A DNA stretch of 64,000 nt from Lachnospiraceae bacterium (GCA_045591685.1 JAZNTK010000032.1:37072-101071), one strand, 5' to 3'. Positions 9,386 through 19,557 are shown, counted from the first letter of the stretch. Program-made: numbers and translations. Notes: a model not told the origin generated them from the letters alone.

Positions 9386-10672
9386 TCATGCAAATATGCG
9401 ATTCAAAATACGATTTGCTTCCTGATATATTTCTTCTTTGGTAACACCAATGTTAAATTCACCATTATCATACAAAATCCGACCGTTTATCATGGTAAAA
9501 ATCACATTACTCTTACTTCCTGCATATACTATGTTTTTACCGATATTATGCATAGGTTGCATGTTAGGCTGGAATAAATCCAAAAGAATCAGGTCTGCAT
9601 TTTTGCCCGCTTCAATACTGTCACTTTCCGGAATGCACATAGCATGTGCCCCTGCATGACACGCCATCTTTAAAACTTCTATAGCCGGCAAAGCCGCCGC
9701 ATCTTCATCGTGAATCTTAGCAAGTACTGATGTCAGATACATCTCACGGAAGAAATCCAATGCATTGTTGCTGGCCGGTCCGTCGGTGCCGATTGCTACC
9801 GGTATCCCTTCAGCTAATAATCTTGTAATCGGAGCAATTCCGCTTGCAAGCTTACAATTAGAACCGGGATTGGTAATGGCATACAAACCTCTTTCCCGAA
9901 TTATTGCATAATCACTTTCCTCCAGGTGAACCATATGATATCCGCCGCCACCATATTCAAACATCCCTAAACTGTCCAGAAAAGCCACAGGCGTCATACC
10001 ATAACGTTCCTTGCACTCTGATACTTCCTTCGCAGTCTCGGAAATATGTGCATATACCGGCATCTTATATTCTTTTGCCAATTCTGCAATCTTTTCAAGC
10101 AACTCTTTGGAGCATGTGTATTCCGCATGAAAACCGGGTACAAATTTCACCAAATCTCCGGTTTCATTATATTCCTGAATCCATTTTTCAAGAAGCTCCA
10201 CGGACTGTGAAAAATTATTCACCCCACCGGTCATGGTAATACGCATACCAGTCTCACGACAGGCTGTGGCAATACTGTCCGGTGTCAAATACATCTCAAA
10301 TATTCCGGTAATGCCACTTTGCAAATACTCCAAAATTGCAAGTTTGGTAAACGTATAAATATCTTCCGGTGTAAGCTTTGCTTCTGCCGGAAACACGGTG
10401 TCATTCAACCATTCATGCAAGGGTAAATCATCAGCCTTCGAACGAAGAAAAGTCATGGCAGAATGTGTATGACAGTTTTTAAAACCGGGTAAAAGAAGAT
10501 TCCCTTCACAGTTTCTCTCCTCATCCCAGGCATAATGCTTCATACTGTCATCCGCATCGGATGCCACATAAAGAATCTTACCGTCTTCAATTCCAACCTG
10601 CATATTCTCTTGTACGCGGGTATCCCCCTTGGCAAAACTGATTAATCTTGCGTTGAATAAACGAATTTTCAT
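9386..10672 (-). CDS. mtaD: Amidohydrolase, MTA/SAH deaminase-like
   Basis: HTH metal motif (NCHTHS), HAEYTCS, HISET, SNCKLASG, GTDGPASNN; lies in a nucleoside salvage cluster. Exact substrate uncertain. Confidence 0.75.
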   Translation of the reverse strand: MKIRLFNARLISFAKGDTRVQENMQVGIEDGKILYVASDADDSMKHYAWDEERNCEGNLLLPGFKNCHTHSAMTFLRSKADDLPLHEWLNDTVFPAEAKLTPEDIYTFTKLAILEYLQSGITGIFEMYLTPDSIATACRETGMRITMTGGVNNFSQSVELLEKWIQEYNETGDLVKFVPGFHAEYTCSKELLEKIAELAKEYKMPVYAHISETAKEVSECKERYGMTPVAFLDSLGMFEYGGGGYHMVHLEESDYAIIRERGLYAITNPGSNCKLASGIAPITRLLAEGIPVAIGTDGPASNNALDFFREMYLTSVLAKIHDEDAAALPAIEVLKMACHAGAHAMCIPESDSIEAGKNADLILLDLFQPNMQPMHNIGKNIVYAGSKSNVIFTMINGRILYDNGEFNIGVTKEEIYQEANRILNRIFA

Positions 10673-10684
10673 AGTTTCTCCATC

Positions 10685-11089
10685 TTATAAAAGTGCAAAA
10701 CTCTCCGGTAACAAATCCTGTAAAACATATTCCTTGTAATCATCTACACTCTTGGCAACCAAAATGCGAAATTCCTTAGGATTACCGAATTCTGCCATAA
10801 CCTGACGACAAACACCGCAAGGATAGGTATAATCCACAGGGGGCATTCCCTTCTTGCCGCCTACTACCGCAATTGCCACAAATTCTTTTTCACCTTCACT
10901 TACTGCTTTGAAAATAGCAGTACGCTCCGCACAGTTTGCTACGGAATACGAGGCATTTTCCACATTACAACCATGATATATATTACCGCTTCCGGTAAGA
11001 AGTGCCGCGCCTACGGCAAATTCGGAATAAGGACAATATGCCTGCTCTCTTGCCAAAAACGCCTCTTGAATTAACAATTCATCTTTCAT
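10685..11089 (-). CDS. cdd: Cytidine deaminase
   Basis: AYCPYSEFAVGAA, GCNVENASY, CAERTA, PCGVCRQ. Confidence 0.95.
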   Translation of the reverse strand: MKDELLIQEAFLAREQAYCPYSEFAVGAALLTGSGNIYHGCNVENASYSVANCAERTAIFKAVSEGEKEFVAIAVVGGKKGMPPVDYTYPCGVCRQVMAEFGNPKEFRILVAKSVDDYKEYVLQDLLPESFALL

Positions 11090-11090
11090 C

Positions 11091-11921
11091 TTATAAATCT
11101 CCAAATTTCTTCACGGATTCGGTTACCAGTTTCTTAAACAAAGGAGCTGCCGTATTAGCTGCTTCCTGCACTTCATCATGAGTCAACGGATTCTCTGTCA
11201 TACCTGCCGCAAGGTTGCATACACAGGAAATACCGCAAATCTTCATGCCCATGTGGTTAGCTGCAATAGCCTCAACCACAGTACTCATACCAACCGCATC
11301 ACCGCCTAAGGTACGAAGCATTTTAATTTCAGTAGGTGATTCAAAAGAAGGTCCTGTTAACTGGATATAAATACCCTTCTGAAGCTTAATGTTATTCTCT
11401 GCCGCGGCTTCACGAATCATTCCTTTTAAATCCTCATCATAAACATGGGACATATCCGGGAAACGTACGCCTAATTCATCAATATTAGGTCCAATTAAAG
11501 GATTGGGTGCAAAGCAGGAAATATGATCTTCAATCAGCATAAAATCCCCTGCCGAAAAACCGGGATTGATGCCACCGGAAGCATTGGTTAAGAAAAGCAC
11601 TTCTGCGCCAAGTAACTTCATCAGACGAATAGGCAGAACCACATCCGAAATAGGATAACCCTCATAAAAATGTACACGCCCCTTCATACATACAACAGGA
11701 ACGCTCCCTACATGACCAAAAATAAACTTACCTGCATGTCCGGGTACGGTAGATACCGGAAATCCTTCGATATCAGAATAATCAATTTCTGTTACAACAT
11801 CAATATCTTTTGCATAATCACCAAGGCCGGAACCAAGTACAATTGCCACCTTCGGCACAAAATCAGTCTTCGCCCTTACACAGGCAAGACAGGACTGTAA
11901 TTTCTCATAAATCGGATTCAT
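11091..11921 (-). CDS. punA: Purine nucleoside phosphorylase (trimeric PNP-I family)
   Basis: VLGSGLG, GRVHFYEG, GPSFESPTE, VGMSTV. Confidence 0.95.
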   Translation of the reverse strand: MNPIYEKLQSCLACVRAKTDFVPKVAIVLGSGLGDYAKDIDVVTEIDYSDIEGFPVSTVPGHAGKFIFGHVGSVPVVCMKGRVHFYEGYPISDVVLPIRLMKLLGAEVLFLTNASGGINPGFSAGDFMLIEDHISCFAPNPLIGPNIDELGVRFPDMSHVYDEDLKGMIREAAAENNIKLQKGIYIQLTGPSFESPTEIKMLRTLGGDAVGMSTVVEAIAANHMGMKICGISCVCNLAAGMTENPLTHDEVQEAANTAAPLFKKLVTESVKKFGDL

Positions 11922-12002
11922 AACAATACCCCCAAATAATTATTTTAATTGATATAATTCTTACGTATATCAGGTAACCCCATGTTAATTTCACTTATAC
12001 GC

Positions 12003-12036
12003 AAAAAGGAATGGAACTTAAAAATTCCACTCCTTT
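12003..12036 (-). terminator. Intrinsic terminator after spoIVA
   Basis: Minus strand AAAGGAGTGGAA-loop-TTCCATTCCTTTTT. Confidence 0.7.
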
Positions 12037-12084
12037 ATTGTACCATAATTTGGTCTGTTTACAAAGCATATCTTAATAATTTTA

Positions 12085-13572
12085 CTAAATAATAATACAC
12101 ACCATTCCACCATTGGATTCGTTCACAATCTTCTGCATCGTATCCTGCAATTTTACCTGACTTTCTTCCCCAATAGACATTACTTTCTGATTAATACCGT
12201 CCTGTACCAGTTGTTCCACGGTTTTACCGAAAATATTGGTTTCCCAGATACCTTCCGTCTTTTCACCTTCGGTATTGATAAAACGAATCAAATCTTCCGC
12301 CTGTTCCTGAGTTCCTACAATCGGTGAAATTTCACTTTCAATATCTGCCTTAATCATATGGATACTGGGGCTGTGCGCCATAATTTTAACTCCGTATTTA
12401 TTTCCATGCTTGATAATTTCCGGCTTTTCTAAACGAATTTCCGACTTTTCAGGTGTAACAACACCATATCCTTTTATTCGGACAGCATCCACAGCATTCT
12501 CAACTTTAGAATATTCCTGCATCTTGGTCCCAACCTGTTTTAAGGTATCAATTAATTGCCATTCGTTTGTAATTTCCTTGCCAAGAATATCACTTAGCAT
12601 TTCATAATAGAAACTGTCCTCCACCGCAAGACTTAAAAGCACCTTACCGCTTGCCATATCAATGGAATCCATTTTACATTGTGTTATGTACTCGCTTCCC
12701 ATATTCAGATTGCTGCTTGCAACATCTCTCATGGTATTCAAGCCCGCAGCATATTCTGCGACACGGCTTAACATATCTGTTTTTACCTTATGCTCACCGT
12801 CTAAAAGTTCTACCCATTTCGGCATATAAAATTCAAGCCTTGCTATCGGAAACTCATATAAAATTTCGGTAAGTATGCGGTGAATATCTTCCTTCTTTAA
12901 CTGAGCACAATTGACCGGAAGTGCTTTTACATTATATTTCGTCATTATATCTTCCGCAATGGCAATTGCCTCATCACCATACGGTTTTGAAGAATTTACA
13001 ATCACGAGAAACGGCTTATTTAACGCTTTTAACTCTGTAATAGTACGTTCCTCAGCCGCAAGATAATTCTCTCTTGGCAAATCTGAGAAAGAGCCGTCAC
13101 AGGTTATCACAAGGCCTATGGTAGAATGGTCAGTAATTACCTTTTGCGTACCTGCTTCCGCTGCTCTTGTAAAAGGAATCGGTTGCTCAAACCAAGGCGT
13201 TTTTACCATACGTTCCGCATCATTTTCCATATGTCCGGTTGCACCGTCCACCATAAAACCTACACAATCAATGAGACGCACCTTAATCTGCACATCATCA
13301 GATAATGCAATCTCAGCCGCTTCCTTCGGAATAAATTTCGGTTCTGTCGTTGTGATAGTCTTTCCTCCACTACTCTGTGGCAATTCATCCTGTGCACGCA
13401 TACGTTCATTGGCATCCGTCATATTGGGCAATACAAGCAAATCCATAAAACGTTTGATAAAAGTGGACTTACCGGTTCTGACCGGTCCCACTACGCCAAG
13501 ATAGATTTCTCCATCGCAACGCTCTTGTATATCATGATAAAGATCAAATGTATCCGCATATTTTCTGTCCAT
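12085..13572 (-). CDS. spoIVA: Stage IV sporulation protein A
   Basis: GVVGPVRTGKSTFIKRF, DELPQS, TTEPKF, C-terminal NGGMVCIII. Confidence 0.98.
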   Translation of the reverse strand: MDRKYADTFDLYHDIQERCDGEIYLGVVGPVRTGKSTFIKRFMDLLVLPNMTDANERMRAQDELPQSSGGKTITTTEPKFIPKEAAEIALSDDVQIKVRLIDCVGFMVDGATGHMENDAERMVKTPWFEQPIPFTRAAEAGTQKVITDHSTIGLVITCDGSFSDLPRENYLAAEERTITELKALNKPFLVIVNSSKPYGDEAIAIAEDIMTKYNVKALPVNCAQLKKEDIHRILTEILYEFPIARLEFYMPKWVELLDGEHKVKTDMLSRVAEYAAGLNTMRDVASSNLNMGSEYITQCKMDSIDMASGKVLLSLAVEDSFYYEMLSDILGKEITNEWQLIDTLKQVGTKMQEYSKVENAVDAVRIKGYGVVTPEKSEIRLEKPEIIKHGNKYGVKIMAHSPSIHMIKADIESEISPIVGTQEQAEDLIRFINTEGEKTEGIWETNIFGKTVEQLVQDGINQKVMSIGEESQVKLQDTMQKIVNESNGGMVCIII

Positions 13573-13598
13573 AACAAACCTCCTGACTTATCTGTTAC

Positions 13599-13628
13599 AA
13601 TATATGTCAGGCTTTGGTGTGGTATGAC
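13599..13628 (-). promoter_or_regulatory. sigmaE-type (mother-cell) promoter of spoIVA
   Basis: GTCATA-N16-CATATATT, the sigmaE consensus and spacing, upstream of a CAGGAGG RBS. Confidence 0.8.
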
Positions 13629-13656
13629 TTTTCTCATTATTTCTTTTTTTAATTAT

Positions 13657-13692
13657 AAAAACGATACAGAATAGCATTCCGTACCGTTTTTT
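13657..13692 (-). terminator. Intrinsic terminator after the HAD gene
   Basis: Minus strand ACGGTACGGAAT-GCT-ATTCTGTATCGT-TTTT (two G-U pairs); separates spoIVA from the der operon. Confidence 0.7.
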
Positions 13693-13700
13693 ATTTTAAA

Positions 13701-14402
13701 TTATTCAATTTCAGGCTTTTCATACAAAACATCGTATAATTCTTTCAGATTATGAATTGTATAAGTCGGCACAATCTCTCCATACTCCGGTGTTTCAGGC
13801 ACAATATGGCAGGTATCAATACCGAAATCATATCCACCCTTAATATCGGATGTCATCGAATCTCCGACAATAATCATACTGCTTTTATCCGGACATCCCA
13901 GTGCCTCATAAACATACTGAAAGAATTCGTGACTGGGTTTATTATAGCCTATATCCTCAGACACAAATACATTCTGAAAGAAAGGTAACAATGTACAATC
14001 CTGTAAGCGCTGATGCTGTACCGCCGCCGTTCCGTTGGTCACAAGGCTCATGCGAAAATGTCTTCCCAAACGGGCACATACTTCATAAGCATCCGGCATT
14101 AAATCGTGTCCTTTGGCTAACTCACTCTGATAAAACATCTCCATGGAGTCATCCCCGGGATGCTCTACACCAAAATGCTCACACATGATTTTAAAACGAC
14201 AATCAATCAGTTCAGGTTTCGTAATCTCCTTACGCTCCAGCTTTTTCCAGAGACTGTTGTTTAACTGATCATAAAAATTGATGCTCTCTTCACTTACCGG
14301 AAAACCATATTTCTCATAAGTTGCAATCAAAGCATTCCTCTGTGCAGCCTTAAAATCAATGATAGTCATGTCCGCATCCATTAAAACATGTAAATATTTC
14401 AT
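13701..14402 (-). CDS. HAD hydrolase, YjjG-like nucleotidase
   Basis: Motif I DADMT, TNG, KP, GDSMTSDI; start at MKYLHV after a GAGG RBS. Confidence 0.88.
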   Translation of the reverse strand: MKYLHVLMDADMTIIDFKAAQRNALIATYEKYGFPVSEESINFYDQLNNSLWKKLERKEITKPELIDCRFKIMCEHFGVEHPGDDSMEMFYQSELAKGHDLMPDAYEVCARLGRHFRMSLVTNGTAAVQHQRLQDCTLLPFFQNVFVSEDIGYNKPSHEFFQYVYEALGCPDKSSMIIVGDSMTSDIKGGYDFGIDTCHIVPETPEYGEIVPTYTIHNLKELYDVLYEKPEIE

Positions 14403-14403
14403 A

Positions 14404-14652
14404 TTACCTCTTCTCCGGTTCTTCTTCGTCAAACTCAATCTGTAAAAAGAATCCTCTGGGTGTATCCAAAATATCCCGAACAATGCCTTCACGGCTTTTC
14501 AAACGCTCATAATAAGCGTAATTACCGGACATTGCAATCGCAGGTTCCGCCGTATAATAATAACTGGACGGAAGAACACCCTCGGTAATTTTAACAGTAT
14601 CTCCTATGGAGACCAGATTTTCGCGTTCCATTTTAAATTCCATTGTACGCAT
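14404..14652 (-). CDS. Hypothetical protein (82 aa)
   Basis: AAAGGAG RBS before MRTMEF; fills the gap between gpsA and the HAD gene with tight spacing. Confidence 0.75.
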   Translation of the reverse strand: MRTMEFKMERENLVSIGDTVKITEGVLPSSYYYTAEPAIAMSGNYAYYERLKSREGIVRDILDTPRGFFLQIEFDEEEPEKR

Positions 14653-14665
14653 AACCAAATCTCCT

Positions 14666-15676
14666 TTAGTTCCATGCTCCATCCATAATTTCTATCTTTT
14701 TATCACGAAGCATCAATTCTTTCACTGCCTGATCAGCAGGCTGTCCCGCAAATAAAACTTCATTTACCTGTTCTACTATGGGCATATCAACCTCAAATTT
14801 CTTGGCAAGTGCCATTGCCGCCTTAGCAGAATGAACTCCCTCAACTACCATTTTTACTTCTGCCATTGCTGCTTCCATGGTATATCCCTGTCCGATTAAC
14901 ATACCTGCCTTACGGTTTCTGGAATGCTGACTTGCACAGGTTACAATCAAATCACCCACACCGGATAATCCGTAAAAGGTTTCAAATTTACCACCCATAG
15001 CCATACCAAGTCTTGCTATTTCATTGATACCTCGGGTAATCAAAGCAGCCTTGGTGTTATCTCCATAACCCAAACCATCTGCAATACCCGCTGCCAAAGC
15101 CACTACATTCTTTAATGCGGCACCGATTTCAATACCAAGTACATCAGGACTTGTATATACACGGAACACCTCACTCATAAAAAGATTCTGGATAAATTCC
15201 GCGGTTTCTTTACTTCTTGCACCTACAACAATGGTAGTGGGAATCTGACGTCCTACTTCCTCTGCATGAGAAGGACCTGATAAAACAGCCACATCTGCAA
15301 AGGGAAGCTCATCCTCAATAACACCTGATAAAGTAGTCAACGTCTTCTCTTCAATACCCTTTGCAACGTTTACCACTATTTGACCTTTTTTAAGGAATTC
15401 CTTCATTCTGGCCGCCGTACTTCTTACAAAAGGGGATGGTACTGCAAGAACCAGCATATCCTTATCCTTCATTGCTTCTTCCAAATCAACGGTAAAAATC
15501 ATATCTTCCGGAAGTGCAACACCGGGAAGTTTATCCTTATGCTCTCTTTCAGTCTGAAGCATTGTAATTTCATCTGCAAGTGCAGACCAAACCGTTACTT
15601 CATTCCCGTTATTATATAATAATTTCGCAAGTGCAATGCCCCAGCTTCCGGCACCAATCATACCTACTTTAGCCAT
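14666..15676 (-). CDS. gpsA: NAD(P)H-dependent glycerol-3-phosphate dehydrogenase
   Basis: GAGSWG, AKGIE, SGPSHA, ALKNVVA, GDLIVTC, SRNR. Confidence 0.97.
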   Translation of the reverse strand: MAKVGMIGAGSWGIALAKLLYNNGNEVTVWSALADEITMLQTEREHKDKLPGVALPEDMIFTVDLEEAMKDKDMLVLAVPSPFVRSTAARMKEFLKKGQIVVNVAKGIEEKTLTTLSGVIEDELPFADVAVLSGPSHAEEVGRQIPTTIVVGARSKETAEFIQNLFMSEVFRVYTSPDVLGIEIGAALKNVVALAAGIADGLGYGDNTKAALITRGINEIARLGMAMGGKFETFYGLSGVGDLIVTCASQHSRNRKAGMLIGQGYTMEAAMAEVKMVVEGVHSAKAAMALAKKFEVDMPIVEQVNEVLFAGQPADQAVKELMLRDKKIEIMDGAWN

Positions 15677-15703
15677 ATCTGTAATCCTCTCATTTCGGAA
15701 ATT

Positions 15704-16657
15704 TTAGTCTTCTTCATCCAATGCATCTTCTACATCGGATTCTTCATCATCGGAATCATCATCTCCGGAAAACTTCTCTTTCAATTCTACCGCTTCTTCC
15801 TTGATTTCTTCGATGATTTCTTCTGCTTCTTCTTTTATTTCCTCGATAACTTCTTCTGCCTCTTCTTTCATTTCATCTACAACCTCAGCTATCTTGGAAG
15901 GTTCTTTCTCATCGTTATTTTCTTCTTTTATAACATCTTCTTCATCTTCAGGCGTCACAACTTCAGCATTTTCTTTCTTCGCTTCCATCTCACCCAATTC
16001 GCCGTCTTTCTTGGTTTTACGAAGAATCGTCATGCGCTCCTCACCTTTTAACAGACGTTTGATATTTTCTCTGTGCTGGAACAATGCAAGCGCGGTTAAA
16101 AGTGCTGCAACAATATACATCTCGATTAGCATAGGCTGTGTCATGCCAAGCAGACCGCTCTGACCGAAAATCAAAAGCTGTGCCATAAAGCCTAAATACA
16201 GGAAAATAGACGCAAGTGACACATAATGTGTAATAAAGAAAATACCAAAAAATATTACTACAGACGCCGGAATAATACCCCAATAGAAGGATAAAATCAT
16301 GGCACCTGAGCAGGCAATTCCTTTTCCACCTTTAAACTTCATATAAAAAGGATAATCATGACCCAAAATAACCCCTGCGCCGGTATAGATTCTTAACAAA
16401 TAATCCATATCAGGGAAAAACCAATGAAAAATCAACCAGGTTAAAAGGATGGCAAAGAATGTTTTTAACATATCTCCGGCTAACACGATAGCTCCGGCCT
16501 TTCTTCCCATTACTCTTAAGGTATTGGTAGTTCCGGCATTTCCGCTGCCATGCTCTCTTACATCAATACCGCGGGCTTTTCCGTAAAGATATGAGGTTGA
16601 AATACAACCCAGACCATATCCAAGCAACAAACATAAAATTCTTGCGAGAATCGTCAT
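15704..16657 (-). CDS. plsY: Glycerol-3-phosphate acyltransferase PlsY with a ~100-aa acidic C-terminal extension
   Basis: GSGNAGTTN, GHDYP, FKGGKGIA, HRENIKRLLKGEE. Confidence 0.95.
   Translation of the reverse strand: MTILARILCLLLGYGLGCISTSYLYGKARGIDVREHGSGNAGTTNTLRVMGRKAGAIVLAGDMLKTFFAILLTWLIFHWFFPDMDYLLRIYTGAGVILGHDYPFYMKFKGGKGIACSGAMILSFYWGIIPASVVIFFGIFFITHYVSLASIFLYLGFMAQLLIFGQSGLLGMTQPMLIEMYIVAALLTALALFQHRENIKRLLKGEERMTILRKTKKDGELGEMEAKKENAEVVTPEDEEDVIKEENNDEKEPSKIAEVVDEMKEEAEEVIEEIKEEAEEIIEEIKEEAVELKEKFSGDDDSDDEESDVEDALDEED
15785..15883 (-). repeat. Three imperfect 33-bp (11-aa) tandem repeats in the PlsY tail
   Basis: VVDEMKEEAEE / VIEEIKEEAEE / IIEEIKEEAVE. Confidence 0.8.
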
Positions 16658-17994
16658 TATGAATTTTCCTTCCTTTCCCTAATGATGAAATGTAAAGGTG
16701 TTCCCCTAAAACCAAATGCATCTCGAATTCTGTTTTCGATATATCTTGTATATGAAAAATGCATTAATTCTTTATCGTTAACAAAGATTACAAAGGTAGG
16801 CGGCTTTACCGCAACCTGGGTAATATAGAAAAGTTTCAATCTCTTGCCCTTATCGGTAGGCGGTTGCTGCATTGCTACAGCTTCCATCATAATCTCATTC
16901 AGCACACCGGTTGCCACACGAAGTGCATGATTTTCCATAACCATGTCAATCATCTCATATAACTTCGGCAAACGCTGACCTGTTTTTGCAGAAATAAACA
17001 TAATTTCCGCATAAGGCATAAATGCAAGCATATCACGGATTTCCGCAGTAAATTTATTCGTGGTTTTATCATCTTTCTCAATGGCATCCCACTTGTTTAC
17101 CGCAATGATGATGCCTTTACCGCGTTCATGCGCAATTCCCGCAATCTTGGTGTCCTGGTCCGTAACACCTTCCGTTGCATCGATGACAAGTACCACAACG
17201 TCGGCACGTTCTACCGCACTGACGGTACGCACAATCATAAAATGCTCCAGTTCTTCTTTGATTTTATTTTTACGACGTACACCTGCGGTATCAATCAATA
17301 CATATTCTTTACCGTTATACGTAACTTCCGTATCTACCGCATCTCTTGTTGTACCTGCAATATCGGAAACAATGACACGATTTTCGCCTACAAGCTTATT
17401 AATAATCGAAGACTTACCGACATTAGGCTTACCGACAATGGCAACCTTCGGTCTTTCATCCTCTTCTTCCGTAAAAGCATCCTCCGGAATATGCTCCATA
17501 ACCTTATCCAGCATATCTCCCAATCCCAAACGGTTTGCGGCAGAAACAGGAATCGGTTCACCGATCCCTAAATTATAAAATTCATATACATCCGCCATGT
17601 ACTTATCAAAGCTGTCAACCTTGTTTACTACTAAAAGCACCGGCTTTTTACTTCTGCGAAGCATGTCTGCCACCTTGGCATCCGCATCCACCAATCCCTG
17701 CTTTACATCCACAAGGAAAAGGATAACGTCTGCCGTCATAATGGCAATTTCAGCCTGCTCACGCATCTGGGATAAAATAATATCCTTGCTATCCGGCTCA
17801 ATACCGCCGGTATCTATTAATGTAAAACTTTTATCCAGCCATGTAACATCGGCATAAATTCTGTCACGAGTAATGCCGGGAGTATCTTTTACAATCGATA
17901 TTCTCTCTCCTGCAAGTACATTGAATAATGTAGATTTACCGACATTGGGGCGTCCAACCACCGCAATGATTGGTTTTTTCTTCTTCTTAGCCAT
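16657..17994 (-). CDS. der: Ribosome biogenesis GTPase Der (EngA)
   Basis: Two G domains (GRPNVGKS, GKPNVGKS; DTGG, DTAG; NKVD, NKWD) and a C-terminal KH-like domain. Confidence 0.98.
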   Translation of the reverse strand: MAKKKKKPIIAVVGRPNVGKSTLFNVLAGERISIVKDTPGITRDRIYADVTWLDKSFTLIDTGGIEPDSKDIILSQMREQAEIAIMTADVILFLVDVKQGLVDADAKVADMLRRSKKPVLLVVNKVDSFDKYMADVYEFYNLGIGEPIPVSAANRLGLGDMLDKVMEHIPEDAFTEEEDERPKVAIVGKPNVGKSSIINKLVGENRVIVSDIAGTTRDAVDTEVTYNGKEYVLIDTAGVRRKNKIKEELEHFMIVRTVSAVERADVVVLVIDATEGVTDQDTKIAGIAHERGKGIIIAVNKWDAIEKDDKTTNKFTAEIRDMLAFMPYAEIMFISAKTGQRLPKLYEMIDMVMENHALRVATGVLNEIMMEAVAMQQPPTDKGKRLKLFYITQVAVKPPTFVIFVNDKELMHFSYTRYIENRIRDAFGFRGTPLHFIIRERKENS

Positions 17995-18009
17995 ATAAAC
18001 CTTTCCTTA

Positions 18010-19395
18010 TTAAATCTCTAAACCAAGCAGTTTAAATAAAAACGCCTGACCGCTTGATTTTACAATATCTGTTTTTACTTGTAAAGCCTTTTCCACCGCA
18101 GAAACAGTCACATCATCCAAAAAAACGTCTTCATTGCATTTTAACATATTTTCAGGTAATAAAAGCACTTCGCCTAAGTCCTTATCCTGCAATTGTGCAA
18201 TCAAATCCTGCCCGGTAATAAGCCCTGAAACCGTTATCTGCTCTCCAAAAAAATCATTTCTGATTGCATAACAGTTTACCTGAAGATGCGAAAATTCTTT
18301 CATAATCCGCTCCGATAATCCAAAGAGCATATCATATGCCAGTTTACCGGTTGCTACGGTAACCTTACGTTTGTTGTCCGCATTGTAATCCTCGCATTTT
18401 TGCATCGGATACAATATCTTCGCCAATGTAGGGTCTTCCTTGGCTTCTTCCTTTAAATATGCCAAAGCCTCCTCGAATTCATCCTCAAACAAACGAAGCA
18501 TACCCACACCGTTTTCCAACTGTAAATAGCCGTCATAATTCTCTTCTGCGGGAATCTCTTCCTCTGCTAACAGATACCATTCATCGGAAGCATGTACAAA
18601 ATGTGTGCCATATGCATGCATACAATGAGCCTGCCAAGCGTGAATCTGTGCAAGCACCTGCTTGGCATCTTCCTTGGTAAAAGGCTCTAACGGATATAAT
18701 CCGTCACGATACTTGGACAAACCAACCGGAACAACGGATACACTCTCAAGCAGAGGAATATATTTGGTTAACTGTTCTATGGAATAATCCAGTTCCTTTT
18801 TATCATTGACATCCTTACAGAGAACAATCTGTCCGTTCATTGCAATGCCTGCTTCAAATAATCTGTCCACCTTCTTTAAGGCTTCTCCCGCAAAGCGGTT
18901 ATTTAGCATTTTACAACGTAGCTCGGGATTCATGGTCTGGAAAGAAATATTAATCGGCTCTAAATGATAACGAATAACACGGTCAATATCCTCATCCGAC
19001 ATATTAGTTAACGTTACGTAATTCCCCTGCAAAAAAGACAATCTTGCATCGTCATCTTTAAAATACAAGGTTTCCCGCATACCCGGGGGCATCTGGTCAA
19101 TAAAGCAGAAAATACACTTATTATGGCAGGAACGATACTCATCCATAAAAGGATTCTCAAATTCAACACCTAAGTCTTCGTCAAAATCCTTCTCAATTTC
19201 AACTTCCACTTCTTCGCCCTGTTTACTGAGCACGGTAATCACAAGTTCCTCATCCGCCATCATATAGCGATAATCCAAGCTGTCTTTGATTTCTTCGCCG
19301 TTTATTTTAATAATGGCATCTCCCGGCTCCATACCGCATTCTTCTGCAATACTTCCGGGTAACACCTCTTTTATCACATGCACATGTTTTTTCAT
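18010..19395 (-). CDS. PDZ + radical SAM DUF512 protein
   Basis: N-terminal PDZ-like segment (PGSIAEECG..GDAIIKING), CHNKCIFC, DDDARLSFLQGNY, QLENGVG, VSGLITG. Confidence 0.88.
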   Translation of the reverse strand: MKKHVHVIKEVLPGSIAEECGMEPGDAIIKINGEEIKDSLDYRYMMADEELVITVLSKQGEEVEVEIEKDFDEDLGVEFENPFMDEYRSCHNKCIFCFIDQMPPGMRETLYFKDDDARLSFLQGNYVTLTNMSDEDIDRVIRYHLEPINISFQTMNPELRCKMLNNRFAGEALKKVDRLFEAGIAMNGQIVLCKDVNDKKELDYSIEQLTKYIPLLESVSVVPVGLSKYRDGLYPLEPFTKEDAKQVLAQIHAWQAHCMHAYGTHFVHASDEWYLLAEEEIPAEENYDGYLQLENGVGMLRLFEDEFEEALAYLKEEAKEDPTLAKILYPMQKCEDYNADNKRKVTVATGKLAYDMLFGLSERIMKEFSHLQVNCYAIRNDFFGEQITVSGLITGQDLIAQLQDKDLGEVLLLPENMLKCNEDVFLDDVTVSAVEKALQVKTDIVKSSGQAFLFKLLGLEI

Positions 19396-19458
19396 GACAA
19401 TCGTTTCCTTTTAAAATAAAAACATATCATTTCTTTTTTCATATTATACCAATATAAA

Positions 19459-19487
19459 ATTATATTTTACCGAAAGAAAAGTGTCAA
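19459..19487 (-). promoter_or_regulatory. sigmaA promoter of the DUF512-der-plsY-gpsA operon
   Basis: Perfect TTGACA-N17-TATAAT. Confidence 0.85.
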
Positions 19488-19528
19488 CCTTACAACGCTA
19501 AAATATGGTGTAAATTCCCAACCTAATC

Positions 19529-19557
19529 TTGACGCGTAATCTTATCAATGATATAAA
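19529..19557 (+). promoter_or_regulatory. sigmaA promoter of prs
   Basis: TTGACG-N17-TATAAA with an extended TG. Confidence 0.65.

Noticed and set aside
11925-12030. Purine riboswitch upstream of punA
   Set aside because: CGTATAA...ATGG is present, but the TCTACC and CCGTAAA core elements are missing.
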